IMG/VR virus record: IMGVR_UViG_3300042997_001039
Location: 17,436-81,435 of that record
Length of the DNA stretch: 64,000 nucleotides
Reading direction: 5' to 3' (one strand)
DNA from: a virus
Lineage: Duplodnaviria; Caudoviricetes
Shown piece after piece: positions 19,990 through 29,791 of this stretch (position 1 is its first letter; every line of letters starts with the position of its first letter). The position numbers and the translations under genes are program-made. Below the pieces are notes generated by a model. That model did not search any database and was not told where the DNA came from. It was given only the letters and a program-made list of their open reading frames with translations.

Positions 19990-20169
19990 ATACTTGAAAC
20001 TGAGGAAGTATTAATGCCAGAATCCTTTGAAGTGAGAATTTATTTCAAAGGCTACATAACACCAGAAACATTACAAGATGCTCGCCATAATAGTTATGGA
20101 TTTTCTTATGAAGCATTGGGTAAAATGTTTGATGAGGAGTTGAAGAATGACAAACCCGACAGACGCTGA
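19984..20169 (+). CDS. Hypothetical protein
   Basis: 61-aa ORF, translationally coupled. Confidence 0.5.
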   Translation: MRILETEEVLMPESFEVRIYFKGYITPETLQDARHNSYGFSYEALGKMFDEELKNDKPDRR

Positions 20170-20398
20170 AAAAATTGCAGAGCTTAACAAGCTGATCGAA
20201 ACGGGTCACCGCACAGTAGAAGCATGTCTAGAACGCATGGCTGCCATTGAATCTGATGCCAGTATTGGACGAGTAGTCCGTGCAAAATTTAACAGCGGCA
20301 ACAACATTCCGGTAACTAATATTACACTAAGTCGTAGTGAGATTGCAGTACAATTGGAGAATGATGATGCGCAAGCTGGTAATGGAACGGTTAGGTAA
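20147..20398 (+). CDS. Hypothetical protein
   Basis: 83-aa ORF with GGAG RBS. Confidence 0.5.
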   Translation: MTNPTDAEKIAELNKLIETGHRTVEACLERMAAIESDASIGRVVRAKFNSGNNIPVTNITLSRSEIAVQLENDDAQAGNGTVR

Positions 20399-20513
20399 TG
20401 TCTGGTGCGATGCTTTAGAAGTAGAACACGACATAGCACAAAGTGAATTCAGCTTGTTGAGCGACGAAGAACTATTGGATCTCTACACTGAAGTTTTTGG
20501 CATTGGTGGTTAG
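20361..20513 (+). CDS. Small hypothetical protein (not in ORF track)
   Basis: GGAG RBS; MMMRKLVMERLGNVWCDALEVEHDIAQSEFSLLSDEELLDLYTEVFGIGG*, 50 aa. Confidence 0.5.
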   Translation: MMMRKLVMERLGNVWCDALEVEHDIAQSEFSLLSDEELLDLYTEVFGIGG

Positions 20514-20630
20514 ATTTTACCCGGATTGTCTGTAGTAAACGCTCCTGTTTAGACAATCTGTTTTGGGCATCGTAGCAATACGGTGCCTATTTTTTTGACT
20601 TTTGTCTACAAATAACATATAATAAATACT

Positions 20631-21179
20631 ATGCACAATTTCAAAACTAATAAACAGCTTATAGTCGAAACACCACGCGGATTGTACAAATGGTCGCGTA
20701 TCTTTAATCGCTTGCAACGAAACTTTTTCGATGAACCAGTTAAGCTACGTAGAGAAAAACAAATCGAAGATTTTATTGTATTGAATGGTTTTAAAAAAGT
20801 TCGATTCAAAACAGATACTGATTTGTTTCTAGACTTTATTCAAGTTGAAAGATGCGAGCGTAGTCAAGATGCAGATATAACAATTATCACTGATCAAAAG
20901 TTTAGCAGATATCCATGTCCTATTATTATTGAAAAAATACTTGAACAATTAGATAAGTGTCCTGCATTATATCTGTGCTTGAATCGTCATTACATAAATT
21001 TAGACAACAGTTATCATGATTCTACATTAGACAGTAACTTTTGTCTAGCCACTACTCAATGGTTAAAAAAGTCTATGCCGGAAGTTGAAATTATTGACCT
21101 TAGTTTAAACGATGTAGACTACGGTCGCAGCTTTACATGGGCTGTACCAGACCGACATTATTATATAAGAAAACGCTAG
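20631..21179 (+). CDS. Hypothetical protein
   Basis: 182 aa, AT-rich, preceded by TAAATA. Confidence 0.55.
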   Translation: MHNFKTNKQLIVETPRGLYKWSRIFNRLQRNFFDEPVKLRREKQIEDFIVLNGFKKVRFKTDTDLFLDFIQVERCERSQDADITIITDQKFSRYPCPIIIEKILEQLDKCPALYLCLNRHYINLDNSYHDSTLDSNFCLATTQWLKKSMPEVEIIDLSLNDVDYGRSFTWAVPDRHYYIRKR

Positions 21180-21878
21180 ATGAAAATTATAGAGCATTTT
21201 AATCAATCCACAGTTAAAACAGACTGGAAGACTCAGTACATTCGTTATAGACTCGGCAGATTAAAACATCAGTACTGGTTACTAAATCGTAAAAGCAACA
21301 ATCAAATTATCATCGATAATTATGACTACTCAATTCTAAGAAACTGCCAACCGGGTCACACTATATTTTTTGCCAGTGCTGGTTATTATTTAATGGATCT
21401 ATTGCCAGACATGCACATCGTTGAGATGCATCCGGTAGTAAAAACCTTTTATCCAGATGCTATTATATGCGAAGATAGAAATAACTTGCCTAATGTATTG
21501 CCTGTGTTGGCAGACAATTTTGCTGTAGTAAACAATCGAGCAGATATTTGGACTGAGCTAGAAAACATCACCGGACATTGCGAAAAGTACGTTAAAGTTA
21601 TGAGCCCAGGTTGTAGATTCTTTTATAGTTTTAGAGATACTCAAATTAGTGGATTGAATAGACTGACCACAGATATGCAACAGCATTTTCTTAATTGGGC
21701 CTTGAGCTTAGAATCCAAGTTTGAATTAAAGTTATGCTGGCACTCTATTAATTTTAGAAAAAATAAACCCGATGGCAATGGGCGTTATAGCCAACTTGAG
21801 AATCCCGATACCACCAACGGCAACTTGAAATTTTGGTTTGTATACCAAAGCAAGCCTTGGGAGATAGTCAATGATTGA
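21180..21878 (+). CDS. Hypothetical protein (possible degenerate methyltransferase fold)
   Basis: 232 aa; 'MSPGCRFFYSF' resembles the MTase 'LkPGG' strand. Confidence 0.45.
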   Translation: MKIIEHFNQSTVKTDWKTQYIRYRLGRLKHQYWLLNRKSNNQIIIDNYDYSILRNCQPGHTIFFASAGYYLMDLLPDMHIVEMHPVVKTFYPDAIICEDRNNLPNVLPVLADNFAVVNNRADIWTELENITGHCEKYVKVMSPGCRFFYSFRDTQISGLNRLTTDMQQHFLNWALSLESKFELKLCWHSINFRKNKPDGNGRYSQLENPDTTNGNLKFWFVYQSKPWEIVND

Positions 21879-22437
21879 AATAGTTTGCTACATGGGCGGT
21901 ACTTGCGGCGATCTAATTACTGCATTAATTGACAGACAACACGTCAAATTTAATAGAATTACCCGAGCAGTAATTCACCATTCCGATCGCACTAAACTCA
22001 AGAAACCTAATTTGTTTGCAAACGATTTAGAAAAAGATCAATATGTACAAGACATGGGTTTAATATACCGCAGTGTACCCAGTCATGACATCGAATACCA
22101 TATTCATAGACAACATTGCTTTATTGGAATTACAGTAAGCAATTTTGATGTAGCAATGTGGGCTGCTAAACGATTTAAAAAAGTACATAGACCGCATGTA
22201 TGGGATGAAATGCAACGAGCCTGCGGTGCTGAGTCAGTCAATGACTATGCCCAGATGATGATAGATTATTCTGGACTAATTAAAAAATCAACCGATAGAT
22301 TAATAACACTGGAGTCTATTCGGCAAGGCCAAGCAGTAGATGATCTCGAAAAGTTATCAGGTCATTCGGTTGACTCTGGTACACGAAACTTGTATAATAA
22401 CTGGTTGACTTTGCAAAACGGATTATGGATGATCTAA
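21871..22437 (+). CDS. Hypothetical protein, possible sulfotransferase-like fold
   Basis: N-terminal strand plus 'YMGGTCGDLI' loop, later 'SVPSH'. Confidence 0.35.
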   Translation: MIEIVCYMGGTCGDLITALIDRQHVKFNRITRAVIHHSDRTKLKKPNLFANDLEKDQYVQDMGLIYRSVPSHDIEYHIHRQHCFIGITVSNFDVAMWAAKRFKKVHRPHVWDEMQRACGAESVNDYAQMMIDYSGLIKKSTDRLITLESIRQGQAVDDLEKLSGHSVDSGTRNLYNNWLTLQNGLWMI

Positions 22438-23924
22438 TGAAACAAGCTATAATTATTGTACATGATGAAGTTAATTGTAAAATAGAAGGGCTTGATCTTG
22501 ACTGTCGTCGAGCACTTGTTAAAAAATTTAAATACATGAATCCAGCTGCACGATACTTGCCTGCAGTTAGACTAGGACGATGGGACGGCTGCGTACAATT
22601 CTTTCAATTAGGTGGCAGCACCTATGTAAATTTATTGCCAGAGATTATTCCTGTATTGGAATCATTTGACTATGATATTGAGTTAGACGATCGTAGAACC
22701 TACAGTACAAAATTTGAATTTGTTTTAACGGCAGAAGATACATTCAGCAATCGTGCGTGGCCGCCTGGACACGAACGTGCGGGTCAGCCTGTAGTATTAC
22801 GAGATTATCAAGTAGAGATCATCAATGACTTTCTAAGCAATACACAAAGTCTACAAGAAATAGCCACTGGCGCAGGCAAAACACTTATAACAGCAGCATT
22901 AAGCTGGCAAGCCGGCAACTATGGGCGTAGTATTGTTATTGTACCTAATAAAAGTTTAGTTACACAAACCGAAACTGATTACCGTAACTTGGGTCTAGAT
23001 GTTGGTGTTTATTTTGGTGACAGAAAAGAATGGGGACGTCGGCATACTATCTGTACTTGGCAATCTCTCAACAACCTTTTAAAGAATACCAAGTCAGGCG
23101 AAGCTGAAATTACTATACAAGAGTTTCTTGAAGATGTGGTATGTGTTATTGTAGACGAAGTGCATATGGCCAAAGCAGACGCACTCAAAACATTGCTAAC
23201 TGGCGTAATGGCACATATACCAATTCGATGGGGACTTACTGGTACTATCCCCAAAGAAGATTTTGAATTCAAGGCATTAGAAGTGAGCCTTGGGCCAGTT
23301 GTTGGTCGATTACGTGCTAGTGAACTACAGGCCCAAGGTGTATTGGCACAGTGCCATGTAAATATTGTGCAGTTGGTTGACCATGTAGAATATAAGGACT
23401 ACCAGAGCGAGCTTAAATACTTGGTAACCACACCAGAACGTATGGAAGCTGTTGCTAAAGTAATAGATAAAATTAAGGAAAGCGGTAATACACTTATATT
23501 AGTAGACCGCATTGAAACAGGCAAGATACTACAAACACAGATGAGTAGCTTGTTTAGCCTACTTAGCGATAAACCAGAAGTGGTATTTGTTTCAGGTTCG
23601 ACAAAGGTAGCTGATCGCAAGGAAGAATATGATGAAATTGCTACGTCAACTAACAAAATTATTATTGCCACATACGGTGTCGCTGCTGTCGGTATTAATA
23701 TTCCTCGCATATTCAATTTGGTTATGGTGGAATCTGGCAAGAGCTTTACAAGGGTAATACAAAGTATCGGCCGAGGTATCCGCAAGGCCGAAGACAAGGA
23801 CCATGTAGAAATTTGGGACATTACTAGTACTTGTAAATTCAGCAAAAGACATTTGACTAAACGCAAGGCTTTTTATCGAGAAGCCAACTATCCGTTTAGT
23901 CAAGAAAAATTAGATTGGAGTTAA
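22437..23924 (+). CDS. uvsW: UvsW-like SF2 helicase
   Basis: ATGAGKT, VDEVH, LTGT, QSIGRGIR. Confidence 0.9.
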   Translation: MKQAIIIVHDEVNCKIEGLDLDCRRALVKKFKYMNPAARYLPAVRLGRWDGCVQFFQLGGSTYVNLLPEIIPVLESFDYDIELDDRRTYSTKFEFVLTAEDTFSNRAWPPGHERAGQPVVLRDYQVEIINDFLSNTQSLQEIATGAGKTLITAALSWQAGNYGRSIVIVPNKSLVTQTETDYRNLGLDVGVYFGDRKEWGRRHTICTWQSLNNLLKNTKSGEAEITIQEFLEDVVCVIVDEVHMAKADALKTLLTGVMAHIPIRWGLTGTIPKEDFEFKALEVSLGPVVGRLRASELQAQGVLAQCHVNIVQLVDHVEYKDYQSELKYLVTTPERMEAVAKVIDKIKESGNTLILVDRIETGKILQTQMSSLFSLLSDKPEVVFVSGSTKVADRKEEYDEIATSTNKIIIATYGVAAVGINIPRIFNLVMVESGKSFTRVIQSIGRGIRKAEDKDHVEIWDITSTCKFSKRHLTKRKAFYREANYPFSQEKLDWS

Positions 23925-23925
23925 T

Positions 23926-24534
23926 ATGGGCACAACTTTTAAACTTGCTGAAAAATATTTAAAAGTGGATACAAACACAGTGTTTGTAGAAATTGGTAGC
24001 GATCGTTACGAAGGATCTACTGAGTACTTTGCTGAATTAGCACAAGATAACAATACAATACTTCACACTGTTGATCTTAGCAACGAAGCAAGAAATAGAT
24101 TAGATCAAACCATTAACATGCACAATATCGTTTGGCATCAAGCTACAGGGTCTGATTGGGCCAAAAATGTATTTCCCACATTTGAGAAAAAGATTTCGTT
24201 ATTGTACCTAGACAATTTTGATTACAACTGGAACATCTCGCGACCCAACGACAATATTGAATTGCAAAAAACACAATATCGAGAAGAGTTTGGCATCGAA
24301 ATGACTAATCAAAATTGTCAGCTCGAACACTTTAAGCAGATGTTGTCTTTGTATCCTTATATGGCTGATTATAGTGTTATTATTTGTGACGATACTTATA
24401 CTTTAAATGATTGTTGGATAGGCAAGTGTGGTCCTATAGTAGTTTATCTATTGGCCAACGGATATCAAATTGTAGAAAAACACGCTGGCGGAGACGCCGG
24501 ATATAGTTACGGAGTTATATTAGTAAGAGGCTAA
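23926..24534 (+). CDS. Putative class I methyltransferase
   Basis: VFVEIGS, LLYLDN, IICDDT. Confidence 0.55.
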   Translation: MGTTFKLAEKYLKVDTNTVFVEIGSDRYEGSTEYFAELAQDNNTILHTVDLSNEARNRLDQTINMHNIVWHQATGSDWAKNVFPTFEKKISLLYLDNFDYNWNISRPNDNIELQKTQYREEFGIEMTNQNCQLEHFKQMLSLYPYMADYSVIICDDTYTLNDCWIGKCGPIVVYLLANGYQIVEKHAGGDAGYSYGVILVRG

Positions 24535-24535
24535 A

Positions 24536-25216
24536 TTGGAAACAGTTATTATAACTTACCAAGCAGATCTGGAACGTGCATTACGTGCAGCAAAATCTAT
24601 TAGTCTATACGGGGTAGGCAATTGTGTAGACCCTATACATATTGTAATCAATGACAGTCCTGTTATATTCGAACAAGCACAATCTTTATTTGTAGATATC
24701 AAAAGAACACAAGTTTATCACTATACAGATATTAGTACATGGATACATGCTAGTAGCGGATGGTGGAGCCAGCAATGGCTTAAATTGCAGGCACACAAAT
24801 TAGTATCAACTGATTGGTATATGCCGTTTGATAGCGATATGTATCTGTCCAGGTCTATTAAAAACACAGAGTTATTTTCAGGACGCAAAGCTATTTGCAA
24901 TCTACACAATCGAAGTGTATATAAAGATAATAAACTATTTATTGAGTATATTGACAATGCTTGTGCCTACTGGCATGTTGATCCAGACGAAATATTTCAA
25001 ATACTCAGAGAAACTCCACCTAATATAATGCATCGAGTCTCTGTAGATAACATGCTTAACGAAATGACCCCCTGGGTGCTTGGTAGCACTCAGACACCCA
25101 GTCTGGAATTCTTTATCTATTGGGTATATTTGTATAAAAATAATCTTACTGATATGTACCAACATCGAGATAATTGGTTTTGGTTCGGCGATGCATTTTA
25201 TATGGATAATGATTGA
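24536..25216 (+). CDS. Putative GT-A-like protein
   Basis: GWWSQQWLKL, PFDSD (DxD-like). Confidence 0.45.
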   Translation: METVIITYQADLERALRAAKSISLYGVGNCVDPIHIVINDSPVIFEQAQSLFVDIKRTQVYHYTDISTWIHASSGWWSQQWLKLQAHKLVSTDWYMPFDSDMYLSRSIKNTELFSGRKAICNLHNRSVYKDNKLFIEYIDNACAYWHVDPDEIFQILRETPPNIMHRVSVDNMLNEMTPWVLGSTQTPSLEFFIYWVYLYKNNLTDMYQHRDNWFWFGDAFYMDND

Positions 25217-25248
25217 CTTTTATAGATCACTTATTGTATAATTAACAT

Positions 25249-25749
25249 ATGAGAATACTAACCTTAGATAACTTGGCCTACGATTTAAACACACTTCCAG
25301 AAGAAGTAGACGACATGCGTTTTGCCATACTTGACAATAGCGATCCGTCTAATCCAGACTATCACTACATACCTTTAATCTTCCTGGAGAGCTTCAATTC
25401 ACCAGCATTAGTTTTACAAATTGGCGACTATACAGTTAAGATGCCAATGGACTGGAAAATTTTGATCGGAGAACCAGATTCAGGAGACCTGGAAGTGATA
25501 CCCTTAACCAGTATCAATGATAGGGGCTTTAAGGCATTTCAGTTCAATCCGCTAAGTAGTTTTAGTCCGACTTTTCCCGAAATTGAAATTATAGATGTAT
25601 ATCATGATGTTACGTGGTATAGTCCTAAATTAAAGAATGGACAGATGTTGGCTATACCGTTAGATGAAAGCCATAAACCAGATTGTGTGTATTTTGTCAA
25701 AGATATCAGCCGCAACTGTGAAATTGTTGATTACTCAAAGGCCTGGTAA
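25249..25749 (+). CDS. Conserved phage hypothetical protein
   Basis: 166 aa; preceded by TTGACT (25213), 18 bp, TATAAT (25237). Confidence 0.6.
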   Translation: MRILTLDNLAYDLNTLPEEVDDMRFAILDNSDPSNPDYHYIPLIFLESFNSPALVLQIGDYTVKMPMDWKILIGEPDSGDLEVIPLTSINDRGFKAFQFNPLSSFSPTFPEIEIIDVYHDVTWYSPKLKNGQMLAIPLDESHKPDCVYFVKDISRNCEIVDYSKAW

Positions 25750-25750
25750 A

Positions 25751-25948
25751 ATGAAACAATATGAAGAAGACAGCGTGATCCCAAAGATGACAGCCAATAT
25801 ACCGGCTCCCAAAGACAAAAACATTGATCGCCGCATACGAGAACTCGAAGACAAAATACGCAACCAAGAGCAACAGATGCATCGCATGCACAGAGATATA
25901 GTACGCTTACGAGTAGCTATCAACGAGGTATCAGCAAGGATTAAGTAA
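25751..25948 (+). CDS. Small coiled-coil protein
   Basis: Heptad pattern RIRELEDKIRNQEQQM. Confidence 0.5.
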   Translation: MKQYEEDSVIPKMTANIPAPKDKNIDRRIRELEDKIRNQEQQMHRMHRDIVRLRVAINEVSARIK

Positions 25949-26262
25949 TGGCACAGCCAACTGACAAGTCAGTACGTGGACGTAGAATACAACAAAAGCA
26001 TAGACATATTGCCAGACAAATGGCTATCCGTAAAGCTCACGCTTTTAATTTTGGTGGGCCTGGCGTAGTTGTTGGTGATTCAAATAACCCACACCGTTAC
26101 CATAAAGTAAGCGGCATGACATGCGGTAATTCAAATTGTTTCGCATGTGGTAATCCGCGCAAATTCTTTGATGAACGCACTGTACAAGAGCAACGAGAGA
26201 TGCAAGATGTAGAGCAAACCCGTAACAAACACAGTAATGGAACACTGCCACAAGATGAGTGA
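25948..26262 (+). CDS. Hypothetical basic protein with CxxxxCxxC
   Basis: CGNSNCFACGNPRK. Confidence 0.55.
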   Translation: MAQPTDKSVRGRRIQQKHRHIARQMAIRKAHAFNFGGPGVVVGDSNNPHRYHKVSGMTCGNSNCFACGNPRKFFDERTVQEQREMQDVEQTRNKHSNGTLPQDE

Positions 26263-26704
26263 TAAACTAAACATTGCCAACGAGATGAAACAGTTTGATC
26301 TCAAGAACCGCGACTTCTACGATGAGCTAACAGCAGAAGAACGTAAAAAGTTCAGCAACTATCTGATGATACGTTGGGGCAGTAGTGTACAAGGTTCTAG
26401 GGAATTGCAAGAGTACTATGTGCAAAGCTGCAATCACTACTTTAACAAAAACTTCTTTGCCATCAGTAAACATCCTAAGCTGCAATGGCTGTGTGCTACA
26501 GCAGTGAGCCCAGGCATGGGAGTGCATAGGCATCAATGGATTAGTCCCAAGAAGAAAGAAGCCAGCTCTGGTACTATGCGAAAACAATTAGCAGAACTGT
26601 TTCCAAATATGAAAGACGACGAACTTGATCTACTGGCAAAGATCACTACCAAGAAAGAACTAGACCAATACATTCGAGATCACGGCAACGAAGTTAAAAA
26701 ATGA
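26255..26704 (+). CDS. Putative clamp-loader small subunit (gp62-like)
   Basis: 'FSNYLMIRWGS', 'SKHPKLQW' and position in the replication block; weak recall only. Confidence 0.4.
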   Translation: MSDKLNIANEMKQFDLKNRDFYDELTAEERKKFSNYLMIRWGSSVQGSRELQEYYVQSCNHYFNKNFFAISKHPKLQWLCATAVSPGMGVHRHQWISPKKKEASSGTMRKQLAELFPNMKDDELDLLAKITTKKELDQYIRDHGNEVKK

Positions 26705-27384
26705 AATTTGAATGCCAATACTGTAAGAAATCTTTTGCTAAAGAAACTACGCTCATGGTGCATGTCTGTGAGCAAAAGAAACGTTTTCAAAGTCAAAATG
26801 AAACTGGTATCCAGATTGGACTCAAATCTTATTTGCAATTTTATGAATCAAGCCAGGGTATAGGCAAAAAGAAAACCTTTGATGATTTTGCAACAAGTCC
26901 TTACTATAGAGCGTTTGCTCGTTTTGGTCAATATTGTGTCAGCATACGTGCTATCAATATTCCTCGCTTTGTTGAATGGTTACTGAAAAATAACAAAAAG
27001 ATTGATTTTTGGTGTAAGGATACCGTGTACGAAGAATTTCTTGCACAGTATCTTCGAGTAGAGTCAGTGACTGATGCTTTAGAACGTGCCATAAGAGAAA
27101 TGCAAGACTATGCAGAAGCCAATCCAGATTTAAAAAATGGTATCAGCGACTATTTTAGATATGGCAATACCAATCGATTGTTTTATCATATATCAACTGG
27201 ACGTGTTAGTTCTTGGATTGTTTACAATTGTAAATCTGGAATTGAATTCCTTAATGGACTCCAACCAGATCAAATTTCTATGATATGGAACATGATAGAT
27301 TCTGATTTTTGGCAAAAGAAATTCAGTGATCATGCTGTTGATGTAGAATATGTCAAAGATATTTTGAAAAAGGCAGGCCTGTAA
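26701..27384 (+). CDS. C2H2-type zinc-finger hypothetical protein
   Basis: CQYCKKSFAKETTLMVHVC. Confidence 0.6.
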   Translation: MKFECQYCKKSFAKETTLMVHVCEQKKRFQSQNETGIQIGLKSYLQFYESSQGIGKKKTFDDFATSPYYRAFARFGQYCVSIRAINIPRFVEWLLKNNKKIDFWCKDTVYEEFLAQYLRVESVTDALERAIREMQDYAEANPDLKNGISDYFRYGNTNRLFYHISTGRVSSWIVYNCKSGIEFLNGLQPDQISMIWNMIDSDFWQKKFSDHAVDVEYVKDILKKAGL

Positions 27385-27935
27385 TGTCGGCAGATATTGA
27401 TATTGATGTACCTGATAGAACAAAATTATTGAGACTAATACATCATGTACCAGCACGACAACAAAATAGATCACACAATTCAGGTATATATGTCACCCAA
27501 ATACCGTTTGACCCTGTTACAGGAACAGCGTCGATAGATTACGAAGAAGCTGAACAGCGAGGATACTTCAAAATTGATTTATTGAATATGAGTGTATATC
27601 AATTGATAAAAGATCCAGAGCACTACAAACTTATGTTGGAGAGAACTCCTAACTGGACTCGGTTATGGACTGACACTGAATGGTCTAAAAAAATAGTTCA
27701 CGTGGGAAATTATACAGATTTATTAAGCAGCATGAAGCCAGATTCCATTGTGCGTATGGCAGCGTTTATCAGTATCATCCGACCCGGTAAAGCACATCTG
27801 CAAAGAAAGCCATGGGTTGATGTATTTGCTAATGTCTGGGATGGAGACAACTCTCGCGGATACACATTTAAAAAATCTCATAGCCTGGGCTATGCTCAAT
27901 TAGTTGCATTACATATGAACTTGTTAGATGAATAA
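27384..27935 (+). CDS. Minimal DNA polymerase III alpha (DnaE)-like protein
   Basis: ADIDID, HNSGIY, GYFKIDLL, SIIRPG, GYTFKKSHSLGYA align in order with DnaE PDIDID / HAxG / KxDxLGL / ALxRPG / FNKSHAxAY. Confidence 0.75.
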   Translation: MSADIDIDVPDRTKLLRLIHHVPARQQNRSHNSGIYVTQIPFDPVTGTASIDYEEAEQRGYFKIDLLNMSVYQLIKDPEHYKLMLERTPNWTRLWTDTEWSKKIVHVGNYTDLLSSMKPDSIVRMAAFISIIRPGKAHLQRKPWVDVFANVWDGDNSRGYTFKKSHSLGYAQLVALHMNLLDE

Positions 27936-28632
27936 ACTACAACACATCTATGCCAATGGCTGTTCGTTTACACACGACAACTATATTATAAACGATCTGG
28001 AACAAGACTGTTATCCAGAGCTGTTAGCCAAAAGTTTAGGACTTGCATGCACCAATGCTGGGGTTCCGGGTAGCTGCAATAGAAGAATAATCAGAAATAC
28101 CTTACGAGATTCTTTAACTTTTGATAACTCTACTATGGTAATAGTACAGTTGACTTTTTTATCTCGTACAGAAAAACCATTTACACCTGGTCAAGGCAAC
28201 GAATGGAAATTGCAAGGCACAACTGAGGAATATCACGAAAGTATTAAAGCAAATCCATCTGAATTTTTAAACCAGGAATACTATCAAAACTACCTGCGTT
28301 TTTTTGACGAACGTGCAGAGCTCACAAACTTAGCTGCAGATCTAATTATGCTTTCGAGTTACTTAAATAGCAAAAACATTCCTTACTTTATTTTTCCTTA
28401 CGTACAACTCTCTACTGATCCAGCAGTTTGCATTCAACATGATCTGCTGCAAAAAACACTATCTCAGGACGAGTATGTGCTTGACATATTAAAAGACAGT
28501 TTAATTGACAGATTAGGGCCCGGAGATTGGTATTATGATTCTTATCCTGGGCATCTAAACGTACAAGGACATAGACGTGCTGCAGAACTACTGCAAACAT
28601 TGATGCCTATTGTATACGTCGGACCAAAGTAA
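27928..28632 (+). CDS. SGNH/GDSL-like protein
   Basis: ANGCSFT, NAGVPGSCN, C-terminal GHLNVQGH. Confidence 0.6.
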   Translation: MNKLQHIYANGCSFTHDNYIINDLEQDCYPELLAKSLGLACTNAGVPGSCNRRIIRNTLRDSLTFDNSTMVIVQLTFLSRTEKPFTPGQGNEWKLQGTTEEYHESIKANPSEFLNQEYYQNYLRFFDERAELTNLAADLIMLSSYLNSKNIPYFIFPYVQLSTDPAVCIQHDLLQKTLSQDEYVLDILKDSLIDRLGPGDWYYDSYPGHLNVQGHRRAAELLQTLMPIVYVGPK

Positions 28633-28984
28633 TTGATCTTCTCTTGGCCTTCCTGCGTGTTAAATCATTGAGACTACATACAGGTCCACACAAAATATTT
28701 AGATCTTTGTTGACAAATGTTCTACGATATGAAGTAAAAGGTTTCCATTCAGTTTTCAGAAAGATATTGATAGGCACTGATCTATTGCTTTCCCACCACC
28801 AAACGTTAGCTAGTTCTAGAAAAAGGTGTTTTAACTCGCTGTCTTGAATATTCCCAAAATCATATATAGTAGTGATATTTTCGTCTTGATTTTGCACAAT
28901 TCCTACATATTCCACACCGGCGTAGACGCAAAGCGACATAAAAGGGTACTTTTCAGTTAGTTGTTGTATTATGTTTATGCCCAT
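28607..28984 (-). CDS. Conserved phage hypothetical protein
   Basis: 125 aa; YPF, EYVGIVQN, WWWESNRSVPINIFL. Confidence 0.6.
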   Translation of the reverse strand: MGINIIQQLTEKYPFMSLCVYAGVEYVGIVQNQDENITTIYDFGNIQDSELKHLFLELANVWWWESNRSVPINIFLKTEWKPFTSYRRTFVNKDLNILCGPVCSLNDLTRRKAKRRSITLVRRIQ

Positions 28985-29005
28985 AAATATTCAAGGAGAT
29001 TTCTA

Positions 29006-29791
29006 ATGTACGCGACCACTGCCTATTTATATCAACAAATTCAATCAGTTTTATTGATAGACACCAGTGGCGCTTATTTTGACGCGAGGTGGGATCCAGT
29101 GTACGCAAAAAACTTAACTTTAAATCTAGGAGTTGACAACGTCATACTCTTTCAGTTTCAGAACCAAGATCAGAAACCAACTAGCATAGTGGGTGCTACA
29201 TTTACGTTCCGAATCATTAGTCAAAATGGCCAAGACCTGTTGTTTGCCAAAGAACTGGTGGCCTTAAATGCTGCGTCTGGTCGTGCCAAAGTGACCATTA
29301 CCGCTGAAGAAACTCAGCACTTCCAAGAACAACCAGCCAGTTACAGTATTGAAATATCATCCGGCGTTTTAGACCAAGCGGTATTTACAGACGACCAAGC
29401 AGGTGCACGTGGCACAATCAATATTGTAAATTCAGTATTTCCAGCATTTACTGCCAGTCAAGTACTAACTGTACCTAGTCAAGCACCTGTGGGTAATGTG
29501 TACTATACCAGTACTGTGACCACAGATGGAGCACCGTTAACTACTTTTCAGTTGGACACAGCCAACATCACCGGCAACATCACAGTGCAAGGTGCAACTG
29601 CTGCTACAGCAAACACAGTAGAATGGTACAATGTTCCATTTGAGGACTTGAAGACTGGCAACGTGATCAACCAACTGAATCTGACCAGTAGCACAGAAAG
29701 ATTGGGTATCAATGTAGAAGGATTCCATCCTTACATAAGATTAGAATTGAACTTTAGCACTGGCGAACTAGCAGAAATACTTTATAGATGA
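29006..29791 (+). CDS. Putative structural protein (beta-rich, Ig/BppU-like)
   Basis: TAAATA and AAGGAG upstream; Thr/Ala/Val-rich beta-strand pattern. Confidence 0.45.
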   Translation: MYATTAYLYQQIQSVLLIDTSGAYFDARWDPVYAKNLTLNLGVDNVILFQFQNQDQKPTSIVGATFTFRIISQNGQDLLFAKELVALNAASGRAKVTITAEETQHFQEQPASYSIEISSGVLDQAVFTDDQAGARGTINIVNSVFPAFTASQVLTVPSQAPVGNVYYTSTVTTDGAPLTTFQLDTANITGNITVQGATAATANTVEWYNVPFEDLKTGNVINQLNLTSSTERLGINVEGFHPYIRLELNFSTGELAEILYR

